Positions 8,844 through 18,464 of a DNA stretch of 64,000 bases are shown here, piece by piece (within the stretch, counting starts at the first letter, position 1; each line of letters begins with the position of its first letter). The translations under genes and the position numbers were made by a program. The notes beneath the pieces are model-generated. The model saw only the letters and a program-made list of their open reading frames with translations, ran no database searches and had not been told where the DNA came from. The DNA comes from Candidatus Latescibacterota bacterium (lineage in GTDB: Bacteria > Latescibacterota > UBA2968 > UBA8231). The stretch lies in the NCBI GenBank assembly GCA_965203175.1, contig OZ241867.1, positions 3,648,001-3,712,000 of the forward strand, given 5' to 3'.

Positions 8844-10538
8844 TCACTGTTCCTCTTGTACCAAGGTTCTCAGGTTCTCTTCGTAGATCTTGACCTGGGG
8901 CTTGTACTGGTGCCGCAGTTCGCCTAGGTACCGGAAGAAGGCCGCATCGCGCTTCCGACGCAGGACTATGGCCCGGGCTCGAGGCGCGACCTCGGCGAAG
9001 GGCTTGGGGCCGGCTCCGAAGGTCGACTCGACGACCCTGAACACGGAATAGTAGCGGTCTGCTGACGCCGTACCGCCGGGGGTTACCGGCACTTCCACTT
9101 CGATGGGACCTAGTAGGTCGCCCGGCGCGGCTCCCTGTGCGGCTTCGAACAGGGCTTCGTGCGCTTCTCTCTGGTACTCATGGAGGTGGAATCGCCCGCT
9201 GTCTGGTATGGTCATGCGCCGCAGGGTGTGCTGCTGTGCCAGGACCCGCAGATCCTCACCGCGCTCAATCCGGTCCCGGAGCGATACTGCTTCTTCGCGC
9301 GTTGCGACCAGGATTTCGTCCAGCGTCAGGGCCTCTTGGGGGACGAAGCTCTGGAGATTCTGGGCATAGAAGCGCCGCGCCTCGTCCTCGTCCACCTGGA
9401 CGTCGCCCGTCACTTGCTTCCTGATGACCGCCAGCAGGCGTTCATGCTCCCTGGCTTGGTGCCAGGCGGCCATCTCCGGCTCGCGGTCGATTCCGGCATT
9501 GCGAGCGGCCTGCACGGCGAGCGCGCGGGGAACTAGGACGGACTCCGCAAACCAGCGCACCTGCTTTTGCACATCTCCCGAGAACTCCCGGTAGTTCTCC
9601 CGGGCCGAGTCCACGAACTCTCCCACCGTAATGGTGCCGTTGTCGAACTCGTAGAGTACTGTGCCGCGCTCCGCTTCGGAAAACGCGTGTCCCTCGCTCT
9701 CCAGACGCGTGATGAGAAGCTCAAAACCGTCTTCTCGGGGACGCAGGTTCAGAACTTCCAGCAGTTCTCGGCCAAGCTCTATGGATCGCAGGCGGGCCTT
9801 CTCCCGGTGGAGTTCGGCCCTCACCAGACTTCGCACTCGTTCGAGGGGAACGGGAACCTCGTCCACGACCTTGAACACGCCGTAGGTGCCGTCCGACAGG
9901 GGTATGGGTTCGGAGATCTGGCCCTTCGCGAGCGGAAAGACCTTTTCCCGCATGATGGGCTCGGGCATCTGGTCCTTGGTGGCGGGGTGCCCGGTGAACC
10001 GGCCGCCCCGCTCCGCGGTCGGGCGGTGGGTCGAGCGCTGCCGCGCCAACTCCCCGAAGTCGGCACCGCCCTGCAACAGGCGCACGATCTCCTCGGCTTC
10101 TTCTCTGCTCTCGACCTCGATCTTGCCCCCGATGATCGCGCGGTTCCGTCCGGTCTTCAGGTAGTGGTCGCGGATTTCCCGCTCTTCGACCTCGACCTTC
10201 GCGTTCACTTCCCGGGCAAAGAACTCGTTGACCAGCCGTTCGGTCCATTCGCGCTCCAGCTTGCGGCGCATGTCGGGGTCGCGGTCCCATCCCCGCGCTG
10301 CCGCTTCCCGAATGAGGATCTCCTTGTCGATCAGGGCCTGCAGATGCTGCCGTCGGCCTTCGATGCCCGCCTCCTTGGCTCTCAGGCTTTCCGCCAAGTG
10401 CTCTTCGAAGCGGCGCAACTGCGCTGCGTGAATGCGGGTGTCTCCCACCTCGGCCAGCACCGGCCCCTCCTCTCCTGCGCAACCCAACAGGAAGGTGCCC
10501 AGCACCAGGGCCAGCGGCATTGCCGCGCGTTTCATCAC
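8844..10538 (-). CDS. Parvulin/PpiC-type peptidyl-prolyl isomerase lipoprotein (SurA/PrsA-like), two rotamase-like halves
   Basis: Lipobox LLGC. Motifs GADFGELARQRS, GQISEPI, GEDLRVLAQQH, GDLLGPIE. Confidence 0.85.
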   Translation of the reverse strand: MMKRAAMPLALVLGTFLLGCAGEEGPVLAEVGDTRIHAAQLRRFEEHLAESLRAKEAGIEGRRQHLQALIDKEILIREAAARGWDRDPDMRRKLEREWTERLVNEFFAREVNAKVEVEEREIRDHYLKTGRNRAIIGGKIEVESREEAEEIVRLLQGGADFGELARQRSTHRPTAERGGRFTGHPATKDQMPEPIMREKVFPLAKGQISEPIPLSDGTYGVFKVVDEVPVPLERVRSLVRAELHREKARLRSIELGRELLEVLNLRPREDGFELLITRLESEGHAFSEAERGTVLYEFDNGTITVGEFVDSARENYREFSGDVQKQVRWFAESVLVPRALAVQAARNAGIDREPEMAAWHQAREHERLLAVIRKQVTGDVQVDEDEARRFYAQNLQSFVPQEALTLDEILVATREEAVSLRDRIERGEDLRVLAQQHTLRRMTIPDSGRFHLHEYQREAHEALFEAAQGAAPGDLLGPIEVEVPVTPGGTASADRYYSVFRVVESTFGAGPKPFAEVAPRARAIVLRRKRDAAFFRYLGELRHQYKPQVKIYEENLRTLVQEEQ

Positions 10539-13426
10539 TCCCTCAAACCTCCGTATACGGTGAAGTAAGTCAGGCCGCTCGTGTCCGTCCGGCCTTTGTG
10601 GACGAAGATGTCGATCTTCCGCCTGTCCACCCGAATCCCCAAGGTAGCCATCAGCCGATAGCCCGCGTAATTGCTCGCATTGGTCAGCTGCAGGGCGACG
10701 GAGAGTTCGTTGAAATCGCCGGTGGGATCGCCCGGATTCAGGCCGGCGAGGGGGTCGTCATCGAAGGCCACCTCCCGTTGGGCGAAGTCGCGGAAGATAA
10801 CCTGCTCTAGGCCGACGATTACCCTGCTGTGTCTCAATACTGGGATGTCCAGTCGCAGGGAGGCCAAGCCGGCCCACTCCTTGCGCTCGAACACCCGGTC
10901 GTTCAGGAGCCATTCGGTGTTGAACGGGGTATCGTCTAGGAACAGCTCGTGTTTGACGCGCGGACGGAGTTGGATTCCATTGCGCAGAGGCCAACGCCAG
11001 TCCAGCTTGTTGATCAAACCGAGCCGCCGAGTGTGCTGCGAGATCTTCCGGCCCGTCTGGTCCGCGGTGAGCTTCTCTCGTTGCCGCAGCACCTCATAGA
11101 TCAGCTTGTTCTCGGAGTTGATGCCGGCATGGCCCCGGCGCTCGAAGGTTAGGGACAGCTTGTTGACCCAAGTATTCGGCATGCCCAGCGGATCCGGGAT
11201 CGGGGTCATGCCCGCGTCCCTGAACCTTCCGTGCAGCCATTGGAAGAGGTCGTCGGCGATGTCGTCCTCGACCCGCTTCAACATGTTATAGACCGTCAAC
11301 TCGCCCACGTTGGGATAACTGCGCTCGAACGCGAAAAGGGTATAGCTGCTCACGTTGGTCTCGCCGGTTGAGGGACGGCGCACCCGCTGGTGGCCCGCGG
11401 TGATCTTGGCGCTTGGCACGATCCACGCACTGCCGTACACGTTGAATCCGCGGCGGTCGCGCTTGTACGGGTAGTCAGGTTCGTTGTCGTTCTCGAAACG
11501 GTCGCCCCAGCCGTTGTTGTTCATGTCGAGGCCGAAGAGATACTCGGGCCGGTCCACGCTGTAGCGCAGGAAAGGCTCGGCGTAGTCGGGCACATTGTTG
11601 GGCCGCACCCGGGTGTTGTTCTGGTTGAAATCGGAGATGAAATCGTTGTTCTCGTCGAGGCCGGGAAAAACCGCCTCGTCCGCGTACCCCTCGAACCCGC
11701 GCTGGATGCCGGTGCCCCGTTCCTCTTGGGTGCGGCCGTCGTCGAATATGCGCTGCTGGTCGTTCTTGCGGTCGTTGTCGTCGTTGTCGTCGACGAAGTC
11801 GTAGAGGTAGCGGGAATTGGCCAGCGGTGTGTCCGCGTAGTTGACCCGGCCCGCCGAGTCTATGAACCGCATGGTGGTCGAGTATGCGGCGTCCATGCCG
11901 AAGGCCTCGCCGAAGAGGTAGTACGGATGGAAATCCCTGGCCACGTTGACCATCCACCCTGCGGCGGAGGGATTTCCCCGAATGCCCGATGAGGTGGTGT
12001 GGGTGGTACGGCTCACGTCGGGGTACTTGCGGTACTGGTGGTTCACGTTGAACTCGCCGTAGAGCCTGAACCCGGCCAGATTCTCGGCCTCGACCGTAAA
12101 GCCGAGGACCTGGGTGGCAGTGGGCAGTCCGTAGTCAAAGACCACGGTGCCGAGGTTGGAATGGTCCTGCACATTTCCCTCAGCCCGCACCATGGTCCTG
12201 AACACCGGGCGCGGTTCGTAGAGGGCGTTGTCGGTCTGCTGGTCGGAAGTGACTTCGACCTTGTAGTCATTGCTGAGGATCATCCGGAATCGGACCTTGC
12301 TGATGTTGTTGATCACATCGGCTAGGGGCACCACCGTTTCCAGATCGTCGAGGATCGCCGGGTCCGGATCCGCCAGCACGTAGTCCAGTCGAATCCGTGC
12401 CAGTTCGCCACCGCCTTCGGCTGCTAGGAAGCCATCCCGAGAGACGCCTCCCGAAACCCTCGGATGGAAGCCGATCTGGCTGCCCACCAGCACCGTGTCC
12501 AGTTCTCCTACCCGGGTCGTAATCTCGATATCGTGGGCGAAGAGGGCGGGACCTGACTCGCCGTCTTCTGGGGAATCGTCGATAATCCGCACGGTGATCC
12601 GGTTGATGCGCGCGCCCGCCTGGTGGGAGCTCAGCCTGCCGGTGTATGGACTCCCGTCGAAGGGCTTGGTCGAGCTCCGCGCGTTGTGCGCGTTCACAAA
12701 GGTTCCGCCGAGGCGCGCGAAGTCGGCCACGTTCCAGACGGCCCGGAGACCGACGAGCGTGGTGAATTCGTCGATGAAACTGGACCTTGGCTCGACCAGC
12801 GGGACATTGATTCTGGACATGAGGGCCGTGGCCGAGCCGCGATCCGACATGTAGTCGAACTGGACCCCGTTGAAGGCCGTCTTGCGCAAGGTCATGGGCG
12901 TCAGGGTCGTGCTGATCTCGTCGCCGATGCTCACCCGGAAATGGTGCTGCCCTTTGGCGTCTGCAGAGACTACGAGGGAGCTGAGAAGGTTCTTGTAATC
13001 TTCGGTCTTGTGGAGCAGATTCCCCTCAGAGGTCCGGGGCCGGCTCTGTTGCCAGTCGTAGATCAGCCAGCCTCGGGTCAGGAGCCTGCCGTAAAGATCG
13101 TAGTGATAGTCGCCCTCCTGATCGGTGGCTAGGTAACGCGAATAGCGCTCGAAGGCGTAGTTGGTCGCCTCCCACTGCCAGCGGTATTGGTTGGCGACCT
13201 CCTGGGGCATGTACCATTTCTTGAGGGAAGGATCGAAGGTGTCCGTGCGCATGCTGGGACCCGCCGGGTAGTAGCTCACCCGGCCGCCTTCGCGGATTCC
13301 GAGGCGATTTCCGTAGTCCGACTGGGGCGAGCCGGGCTCGGCACCCAACGCGACTGCGAGGCCGACGAGGATTAGGGTTCGGGACCCGGATTGCACGGTG
13401 TGCACTTGGGGGGACTTGTTCATCAC
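10535..13426 (-). CDS. Large uncharacterised exported protein, probable outer-membrane beta-barrel with Asp-rich insert (paralog B)
   Basis: Signal-peptide-like N-terminus, alternating amphipathic strands ending TYFTVYGGL, motifs DDNDDNDRKND and DENNDFISDFNQN. Colinear with 13423-16227. Confidence 0.7.
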   Translation of the reverse strand: MMNKSPQVHTVQSGSRTLILVGLAVALGAEPGSPQSDYGNRLGIREGGRVSYYPAGPSMRTDTFDPSLKKWYMPQEVANQYRWQWEATNYAFERYSRYLATDQEGDYHYDLYGRLLTRGWLIYDWQQSRPRTSEGNLLHKTEDYKNLLSSLVVSADAKGQHHFRVSIGDEISTTLTPMTLRKTAFNGVQFDYMSDRGSATALMSRINVPLVEPRSSFIDEFTTLVGLRAVWNVADFARLGGTFVNAHNARSSTKPFDGSPYTGRLSSHQAGARINRITVRIIDDSPEDGESGPALFAHDIEITTRVGELDTVLVGSQIGFHPRVSGGVSRDGFLAAEGGGELARIRLDYVLADPDPAILDDLETVVPLADVINNISKVRFRMILSNDYKVEVTSDQQTDNALYEPRPVFRTMVRAEGNVQDHSNLGTVVFDYGLPTATQVLGFTVEAENLAGFRLYGEFNVNHQYRKYPDVSRTTHTTSSGIRGNPSAAGWMVNVARDFHPYYLFGEAFGMDAAYSTTMRFIDSAGRVNYADTPLANSRYLYDFVDDNDDNDRKNDQQRIFDDGRTQEERGTGIQRGFEGYADEAVFPGLDENNDFISDFNQNNTRVRPNNVPDYAEPFLRYSVDRPEYLFGLDMNNNGWGDRFENDNEPDYPYKRDRRGFNVYGSAWIVPSAKITAGHQRVRRPSTGETNVSSYTLFAFERSYPNVGELTVYNMLKRVEDDIADDLFQWLHGRFRDAGMTPIPDPLGMPNTWVNKLSLTFERRGHAGINSENKLIYEVLRQREKLTADQTGRKISQHTRRLGLINKLDWRWPLRNGIQLRPRVKHELFLDDTPFNTEWLLNDRVFERKEWAGLASLRLDIPVLRHSRVIVGLEQVIFRDFAQREVAFDDDPLAGLNPGDPTGDFNELSVALQLTNASNYAGYRLMATLGIRVDRRKIDIFVHKGRTDTSGLTYFTVYGGLRE

Positions 13427-16227
13427 AGTCCAGCATACACGGTTATGAAGGTGGTGCTCAATTCGCGGCCCCGGTCTTCCTGCACCGACTCTCCTTGGTT
13501 ACCGGCGGCGATGAACTCGTCCCAGACCCGGGTGTACATGATGCCGAATTTGGTGGTCAGGGTGTAGCCTTGGTATTCCCGGACGTTGGACCACTGGGCG
13601 GCCAGCACTAGGTTGCGGGAATCACCCGTGGCCCCCACTCGGTTGGCGGCGAGGGCCTCCTTCTCGTCCAGCATCAGATCCGCAACCCGGTGGTACTCCA
13701 GCCCGGCCTCGAGAGACGACGCTTTCAACATGGGATGCCGCAGCAGCAGGATGCCCGTTCCCGTCCACTCTTGGCGCTCGTCACCGCCCAAGATGAACGG
13801 CGTCTGGTTCAGGTACTCGCTCTTGATCTTGGGTTGGACCTCTAGGCCGCCGACGCGGTAGGTGTAATCCGCTTTGTTGATGAGCCCGAAGAAGTGAGTG
13901 CGATCCTCGAGTACGGGGCCGACGCCCCGCTCGTGGGCATCTCCCTGCTGAGCATACAGGTCGTACTTGATCTTGGTAAGCGTCTTCAGTTTGCTGACCG
14001 GGCGATAATCCAGTTCCAGATAAGTCGAGTTCACCCAGGTGTCGCGGGCCGGGAGCACGTCCTCGATGTTGATTAGGTTGCCGGCGGTCAGACCGAGGTA
14101 AGGAGTCATCTCCCGGCGGTCGTCGGGTATGGTGTCCCTGGTCCGCTTGAGCATGTCGTAGACCCGAACCGCTCCGAACCGGGGATCGTCGCGGGTGAAG
14201 ATGACCAGCCCGTAGGTCGTGTGGTTCTTGCGATTGGAAGACAACGAGTTGACCCCCAAGCGCCCTAGGGCAATCCTGATGTCGGGCGTCAGGAAAGCGC
14301 CGCCGTACACGTTGTACCCCCGCTGGTCCGCCTTGTAGGGATAGTCGGCCAAATCGTCGTTCTCGAAGCGGTCCACCCAGTTGTTGTTGTTCAGGTCGAT
14401 GCCGAAGAGGAACTCGGGCCGGTCCGAATGGAAGCGGAAGAAGGGCTCCTCGTAGTCGGGAATGCGATTCGACAGAATGGCGCTGTCGTTCTGATTGAAG
14501 TCCGACACGAAGTCGTTGTTCTCGTCCCATCCCGGGAACACGTTGGCATCGCCGGAGCCTTGCTCAAACCGAGCCCAGTCGGGAAACCGGTCCTGGTCGT
14601 CATTGTCCTCGACGAACTCGTAGAGGTGTCGGGACGAATGGTCGTAGAGGATGTCCCCCTGGCTGTCTACGAGGTACGCCGTAGTAGAGTAGTCGGGGTT
14701 CGTGCTGAAGGCCTCGCCGAAGGCGAAGAACGGATAGGCCACCTTCGACACATTGACCATCCACGCCTCTGCCTCTCTGGAATAGCTGGACAGGGCGCGG
14801 TCTGCTTGGGCCAAGCTGGGGTTGGGGAACTGGTGGTAGGACCGGCTGATGGCCAGTTCGGCGTAGGCATCAAACCCCATCACATCCTTGACGTCTGCGG
14901 TGAATCCGTAAACCATGTTCGCCGTGGGCAAGCCGTATTCGAAGACGAGCCGGGTCTGGTTGGAGTTGTCCGGCACATTGCCTGCGGCCCGGGCCACTTC
15001 GAAGAGCGCCGGTGCCAGTTCGTCGATATCCTCGCCGCTGAGCGGCAGGTTGGGCATGGAGCGCAATCCAGTCTGACGGTCGGACCATACTTGGATGCGG
15101 TAGTCGTTGGCCACCACCAGATCGAAGGTGATCTTTGTGATGGTGTTCGGACGCGGCCCGATGTAGGCGATGTCGGTGAAGTCGTAACTGATTACGATCT
15201 TCTCGTCCCCGTCCGCGCTCTGGTAGCCCTCGTGGTGGAATCCGCCGCTGACTACGGGCCACTTGGCCGGATCGGTCACCATCGCCTGCTGGCGGATCTC
15301 CTCCCGCCTCCCGGTGGCCGGATCCTCCGTGGTTACGATGATCTCGTGCGAGAACAGGGCCGCGCCGGCCACGCCGTCCTCCGGTGAATCGTCGCTCAGA
15401 ACGAGGGCCAGGCCGCGCACCGGGACCGCCCCCTGGTTGGCCGCCAGCGTGCCCTTGAGCGGGTTCCGCTCGAAGGCGTCCTCAAAGGTCTGGGAGTTGT
15501 GGGCGTTGACCAGAGTCGCCCCCACTTGCACGAAGTCCCCAACCTCGGCGACGACCCGCCCTCCCATTAGGTTGGTGCCATTGGTCGTCGTTACGGGTGC
15601 GTTCCTAGGCGTAGTACCTGCGACGGCAGAGCTGATCCGGGAAAAGAGCAGCGTGCCGCGGTACTTGTCCGAGGCGAAGTCCATCTGTATGCCGTTGAAG
15701 TTGGGTTTGGAGAAGGTGAGCGGCGTCAACGCCGTTCTGATCTGATTCCCGGCCGTTATGGCATAGTAAAACTGGCCCTTGGAATCCGAACTCACCAGGA
15801 CGCTGTTGAACCAGCCGGCGAACCTGGGATCCTTGTAGAGCGAGGAACCGAACTGCCCGGGCTGGTTCTGGTTCCAATCGTAGACCAGCCACCCCCGGGT
15901 CAGGTAGTTGCCGTATAGATCGTAGAAGGGGTCGCCCTCGCGGTCGGTGTTTACGTACCGCTGGTACTGTTCGCGGGCATAGTTGGAGTACTCCCACTGC
16001 TGCCAGCCGTACAGCTCGTACAGCTCCTGTGGCACGTACCACTTCTTGAGGGCCGGATCCAGGGCGTCGAAGATGACCCCAGGTCCTCTCGGTGCATAGG
16101 TTATATCCCGCCCTCGACGCTGTCCGAGACGCCGGTCGGAGGACTGACCGCACACCTCGGATACCTGCATCGTGGCGATGAGCGCGAACGCGCTCAGTAC
16201 TCCCGCCGCCTTGCCGGTCGTCAACAT
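13423..16227 (-). CDS. Large uncharacterised exported protein, probable outer-membrane beta-barrel (paralog A)
   Basis: Shares DPxLKKWYxPQE, TRGWLxYDW, DDSPEDG, YGLPTA, DRFEND and GLINKxD with the adjacent gene. Ends FITVYAGL. Start could be 16257. Confidence 0.7.
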   Translation of the reverse strand: MLTTGKAAGVLSAFALIATMQVSEVCGQSSDRRLGQRRGRDITYAPRGPGVIFDALDPALKKWYVPQELYELYGWQQWEYSNYAREQYQRYVNTDREGDPFYDLYGNYLTRGWLVYDWNQNQPGQFGSSLYKDPRFAGWFNSVLVSSDSKGQFYYAITAGNQIRTALTPLTFSKPNFNGIQMDFASDKYRGTLLFSRISSAVAGTTPRNAPVTTTNGTNLMGGRVVAEVGDFVQVGATLVNAHNSQTFEDAFERNPLKGTLAANQGAVPVRGLALVLSDDSPEDGVAGAALFSHEIIVTTEDPATGRREEIRQQAMVTDPAKWPVVSGGFHHEGYQSADGDEKIVISYDFTDIAYIGPRPNTITKITFDLVVANDYRIQVWSDRQTGLRSMPNLPLSGEDIDELAPALFEVARAAGNVPDNSNQTRLVFEYGLPTANMVYGFTADVKDVMGFDAYAELAISRSYHQFPNPSLAQADRALSSYSREAEAWMVNVSKVAYPFFAFGEAFSTNPDYSTTAYLVDSQGDILYDHSSRHLYEFVEDNDDQDRFPDWARFEQGSGDANVFPGWDENNDFVSDFNQNDSAILSNRIPDYEEPFFRFHSDRPEFLFGIDLNNNNWVDRFENDDLADYPYKADQRGYNVYGGAFLTPDIRIALGRLGVNSLSSNRKNHTTYGLVIFTRDDPRFGAVRVYDMLKRTRDTIPDDRREMTPYLGLTAGNLINIEDVLPARDTWVNSTYLELDYRPVSKLKTLTKIKYDLYAQQGDAHERGVGPVLEDRTHFFGLINKADYTYRVGGLEVQPKIKSEYLNQTPFILGGDERQEWTGTGILLLRHPMLKASSLEAGLEYHRVADLMLDEKEALAANRVGATGDSRNLVLAAQWSNVREYQGYTLTTKFGIMYTRVWDEFIAAGNQGESVQEDRGRELSTTFITVYAGL

Positions 16228-16264
16228 GAAGAGGCCCTCTCTCGGTGAAATCGCCAAACCAGGT

Positions 16265-18448
16265 TCAGTATACCACTTCGACCACGGTGGTGGCCGTCTC
16301 AGCGCTGGCGCTGCTGTGTACGTCTATGCGAGCCAGATAGATCCCGGGCGGCACGAACTCACCACTGCTGTTGGTTCCATCCCATGGGATTGACCAGTGA
16401 CCGCCTCCTTGCTCGCCGGAGAAGAGACGGCGGACCAGGCGGCCGGCCAGATCGAGCACCTTTACCTCAACGGGTATGGGACCGATTACGCGCGACAGGT
16501 CGTAGGAGATGCGGGTCCGGTCGTTGACCCCGTCGCCGTTGGGGCTGAAGGGCCGCGGTCCGGTCCGGGTATTGATCAGGACGTCGCCGCCCGAAAAGGG
16601 CACGTCCACCGACAGCACCCGCGGATCCTCCGTTCCCACCGGGGGAAAGGTGGCGTCCTCGGGGCCGAGGTGGGCCGCGTTGCCGGCGAGGATCTTCTGA
16701 CCGGTGATCCCGGTCTCGGTGTTGCCGGCCCACCCGGTAAAGGTCGTCCCGTATCGGAGGACGCGGCAGCGAAACCGGATTCTCAGGACGGCGGCCTCGT
16801 CGGCCCCGAGGTCGCTATCCGCTATGAGCGGGAAGCGCACCCGGAACCGCCGTTCCTCGACCGCCTCGATGCCGAAGTCCGCGGCCGGATCGGTGGGCAG
16901 CGCCGACGGGCTCAGATCCCAACCGGAAAAATCGGCCGCCTCGGTGCGACCGTCGCGGAAAAGGACCTGGACCGAGTCGATCACTTCGACCCGGACCGGC
17001 GTGGCGATCTCGAAGGTGTCAAAGCCGCTGTCCCGGCCCGGCCGTATCCGGGTCGGCATGACCGCGTAGGTGAAGGTTTCCGCAACGGCCAGCTCGACCT
17101 GACGAGGGTAGATCTCGCCGACGATCCGCTCGGCCGCCGGCGAGAACACTGTGAAGGCCAACTGCCCAACCCCAGTCGCTGCCTTTAGGTCACGGCTCAC
17201 CATTTCGACCCGGACCTGAAAATAGCGCCGTGGGCCCGGAGTGGTGACGACCGCTCCAAGCTGCGCGTCAGCGATGTTCTCGACCGTGATGCCGCTGGTG
17301 CCCTCCTGTCCATAGGGAGCCGACCACGGCGTCCAGGCGTCTGGATCGTCCCGGATCTCGCCCCGTGGCTTCAGGCCGCGATAGTCCTCCAGGGTCAGAG
17401 CAACCCGATTCTTCTCTGTTAGCGGCAGCGCCCGGTAGGCTCGCAGCGCATCGAGCGGCTCTAAATCGTCCAGGGCAATCTGCTCTCCCGCGGCCGTAGT
17501 GGCGACCGCGCCCTGCTTATAGGGGAGATTCACCGAACCACCGGGACCGGGGCGGGTGAATTCCAAAGGCGTATCGTCGTGCCCGGCGCGCGTCGCAATG
17601 CGGGCCTGCGCCAGCCCTGCGGGACCGAAGCTCTCCTCGATCCACCGGATCTTGCCCCACACGCCCCAATTGTCCCCTAGATCGTAGACATTGGAGATGT
17701 ACTGGGCCCCGGGCACGAACCCCGCCCCGAATACCCGAAACTCGGCGATTTCGAAGCCGACGACCGTCTGCGACTTCAGTCGCAGGAAGCGCAGGTACTG
17801 GGGGGGAATTTGCAGGTCGACCACGGGATGATCGTTCTGCAGCTCTAGCTTGAAGCTGGTCAGCACCGGTCTGCCGGACTCGTCTGTGGTATTCTCGCTG
17901 CCGTCGTTGACCAGCAGCTCGTACGCGCGCAGATAGTCGTTCTGGAACGGAAAGTCGGGCGTCGCGAAACCTGGGGCGTTCCGCGGAAAGAACTGGATCC
18001 GGTTCACCCCGAAGGGCGCGCCTAGGTCAATGTCGAACATGGCCCCGAAGGCGAGGACCGGCGGCCCTCCCGCTTCGCCCTTTTGGGTGAAAGCCGTCTC
18101 GAGATCGCCGTCCACCATCAGGAGCAACTCCTCGGCGATGCCGAGCGTCAAGATGTTCGGCGAGGTCAGCGTGGCTCCAGCCGCGATATTCCTGGTGGAG
18201 TCGGCTCGCTGGGGGAAAATCCAGCCCGATTTGCCGGGGAAGTCGAAGTCCACCACATCGCCCGGGGTGTTGGTGATCGCGGCCTCGTCGACACTGATCT
18301 GCACCGCGGCCGGGATTTCTCCGCCGCCGCCGTTCCAGGGTTGGCCGCTGGTGCCGCCCAGCACCCGGCTGTCGGCGGCCAGATTCTGGGCCATCAGGCA
18401 GAATGTCCCGAGCAGGCCCAAGCTGAGGCTGATCCTCTGAATTCTCAC
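16265..18448 (-). CDS. Secreted protein with discoidin/F5-8-like region and C-terminal FlgD-Ig-like domain (paralog 3)
   Basis: Signal peptide; DGDLETAF and DLGAPFGVNRI; C-terminal FSPNGDGVND...DLAGRLVR...WDG...VPPGIY. Confidence 0.8.
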   Translation of the reverse strand: MRIQRISLSLGLLGTFCLMAQNLAADSRVLGGTSGQPWNGGGGEIPAAVQISVDEAAITNTPGDVVDFDFPGKSGWIFPQRADSTRNIAAGATLTSPNILTLGIAEELLLMVDGDLETAFTQKGEAGGPPVLAFGAMFDIDLGAPFGVNRIQFFPRNAPGFATPDFPFQNDYLRAYELLVNDGSENTTDESGRPVLTSFKLELQNDHPVVDLQIPPQYLRFLRLKSQTVVGFEIAEFRVFGAGFVPGAQYISNVYDLGDNWGVWGKIRWIEESFGPAGLAQARIATRAGHDDTPLEFTRPGPGGSVNLPYKQGAVATTAAGEQIALDDLEPLDALRAYRALPLTEKNRVALTLEDYRGLKPRGEIRDDPDAWTPWSAPYGQEGTSGITVENIADAQLGAVVTTPGPRRYFQVRVEMVSRDLKAATGVGQLAFTVFSPAAERIVGEIYPRQVELAVAETFTYAVMPTRIRPGRDSGFDTFEIATPVRVEVIDSVQVLFRDGRTEAADFSGWDLSPSALPTDPAADFGIEAVEERRFRVRFPLIADSDLGADEAAVLRIRFRCRVLRYGTTFTGWAGNTETGITGQKILAGNAAHLGPEDATFPPVGTEDPRVLSVDVPFSGGDVLINTRTGPRPFSPNGDGVNDRTRISYDLSRVIGPIPVEVKVLDLAGRLVRRLFSGEQGGGHWSIPWDGTNSSGEFVPPGIYLARIDVHSSASAETATTVVEVVY

Positions 18449-18464
18449 TCGATAGCCCCTAGCG

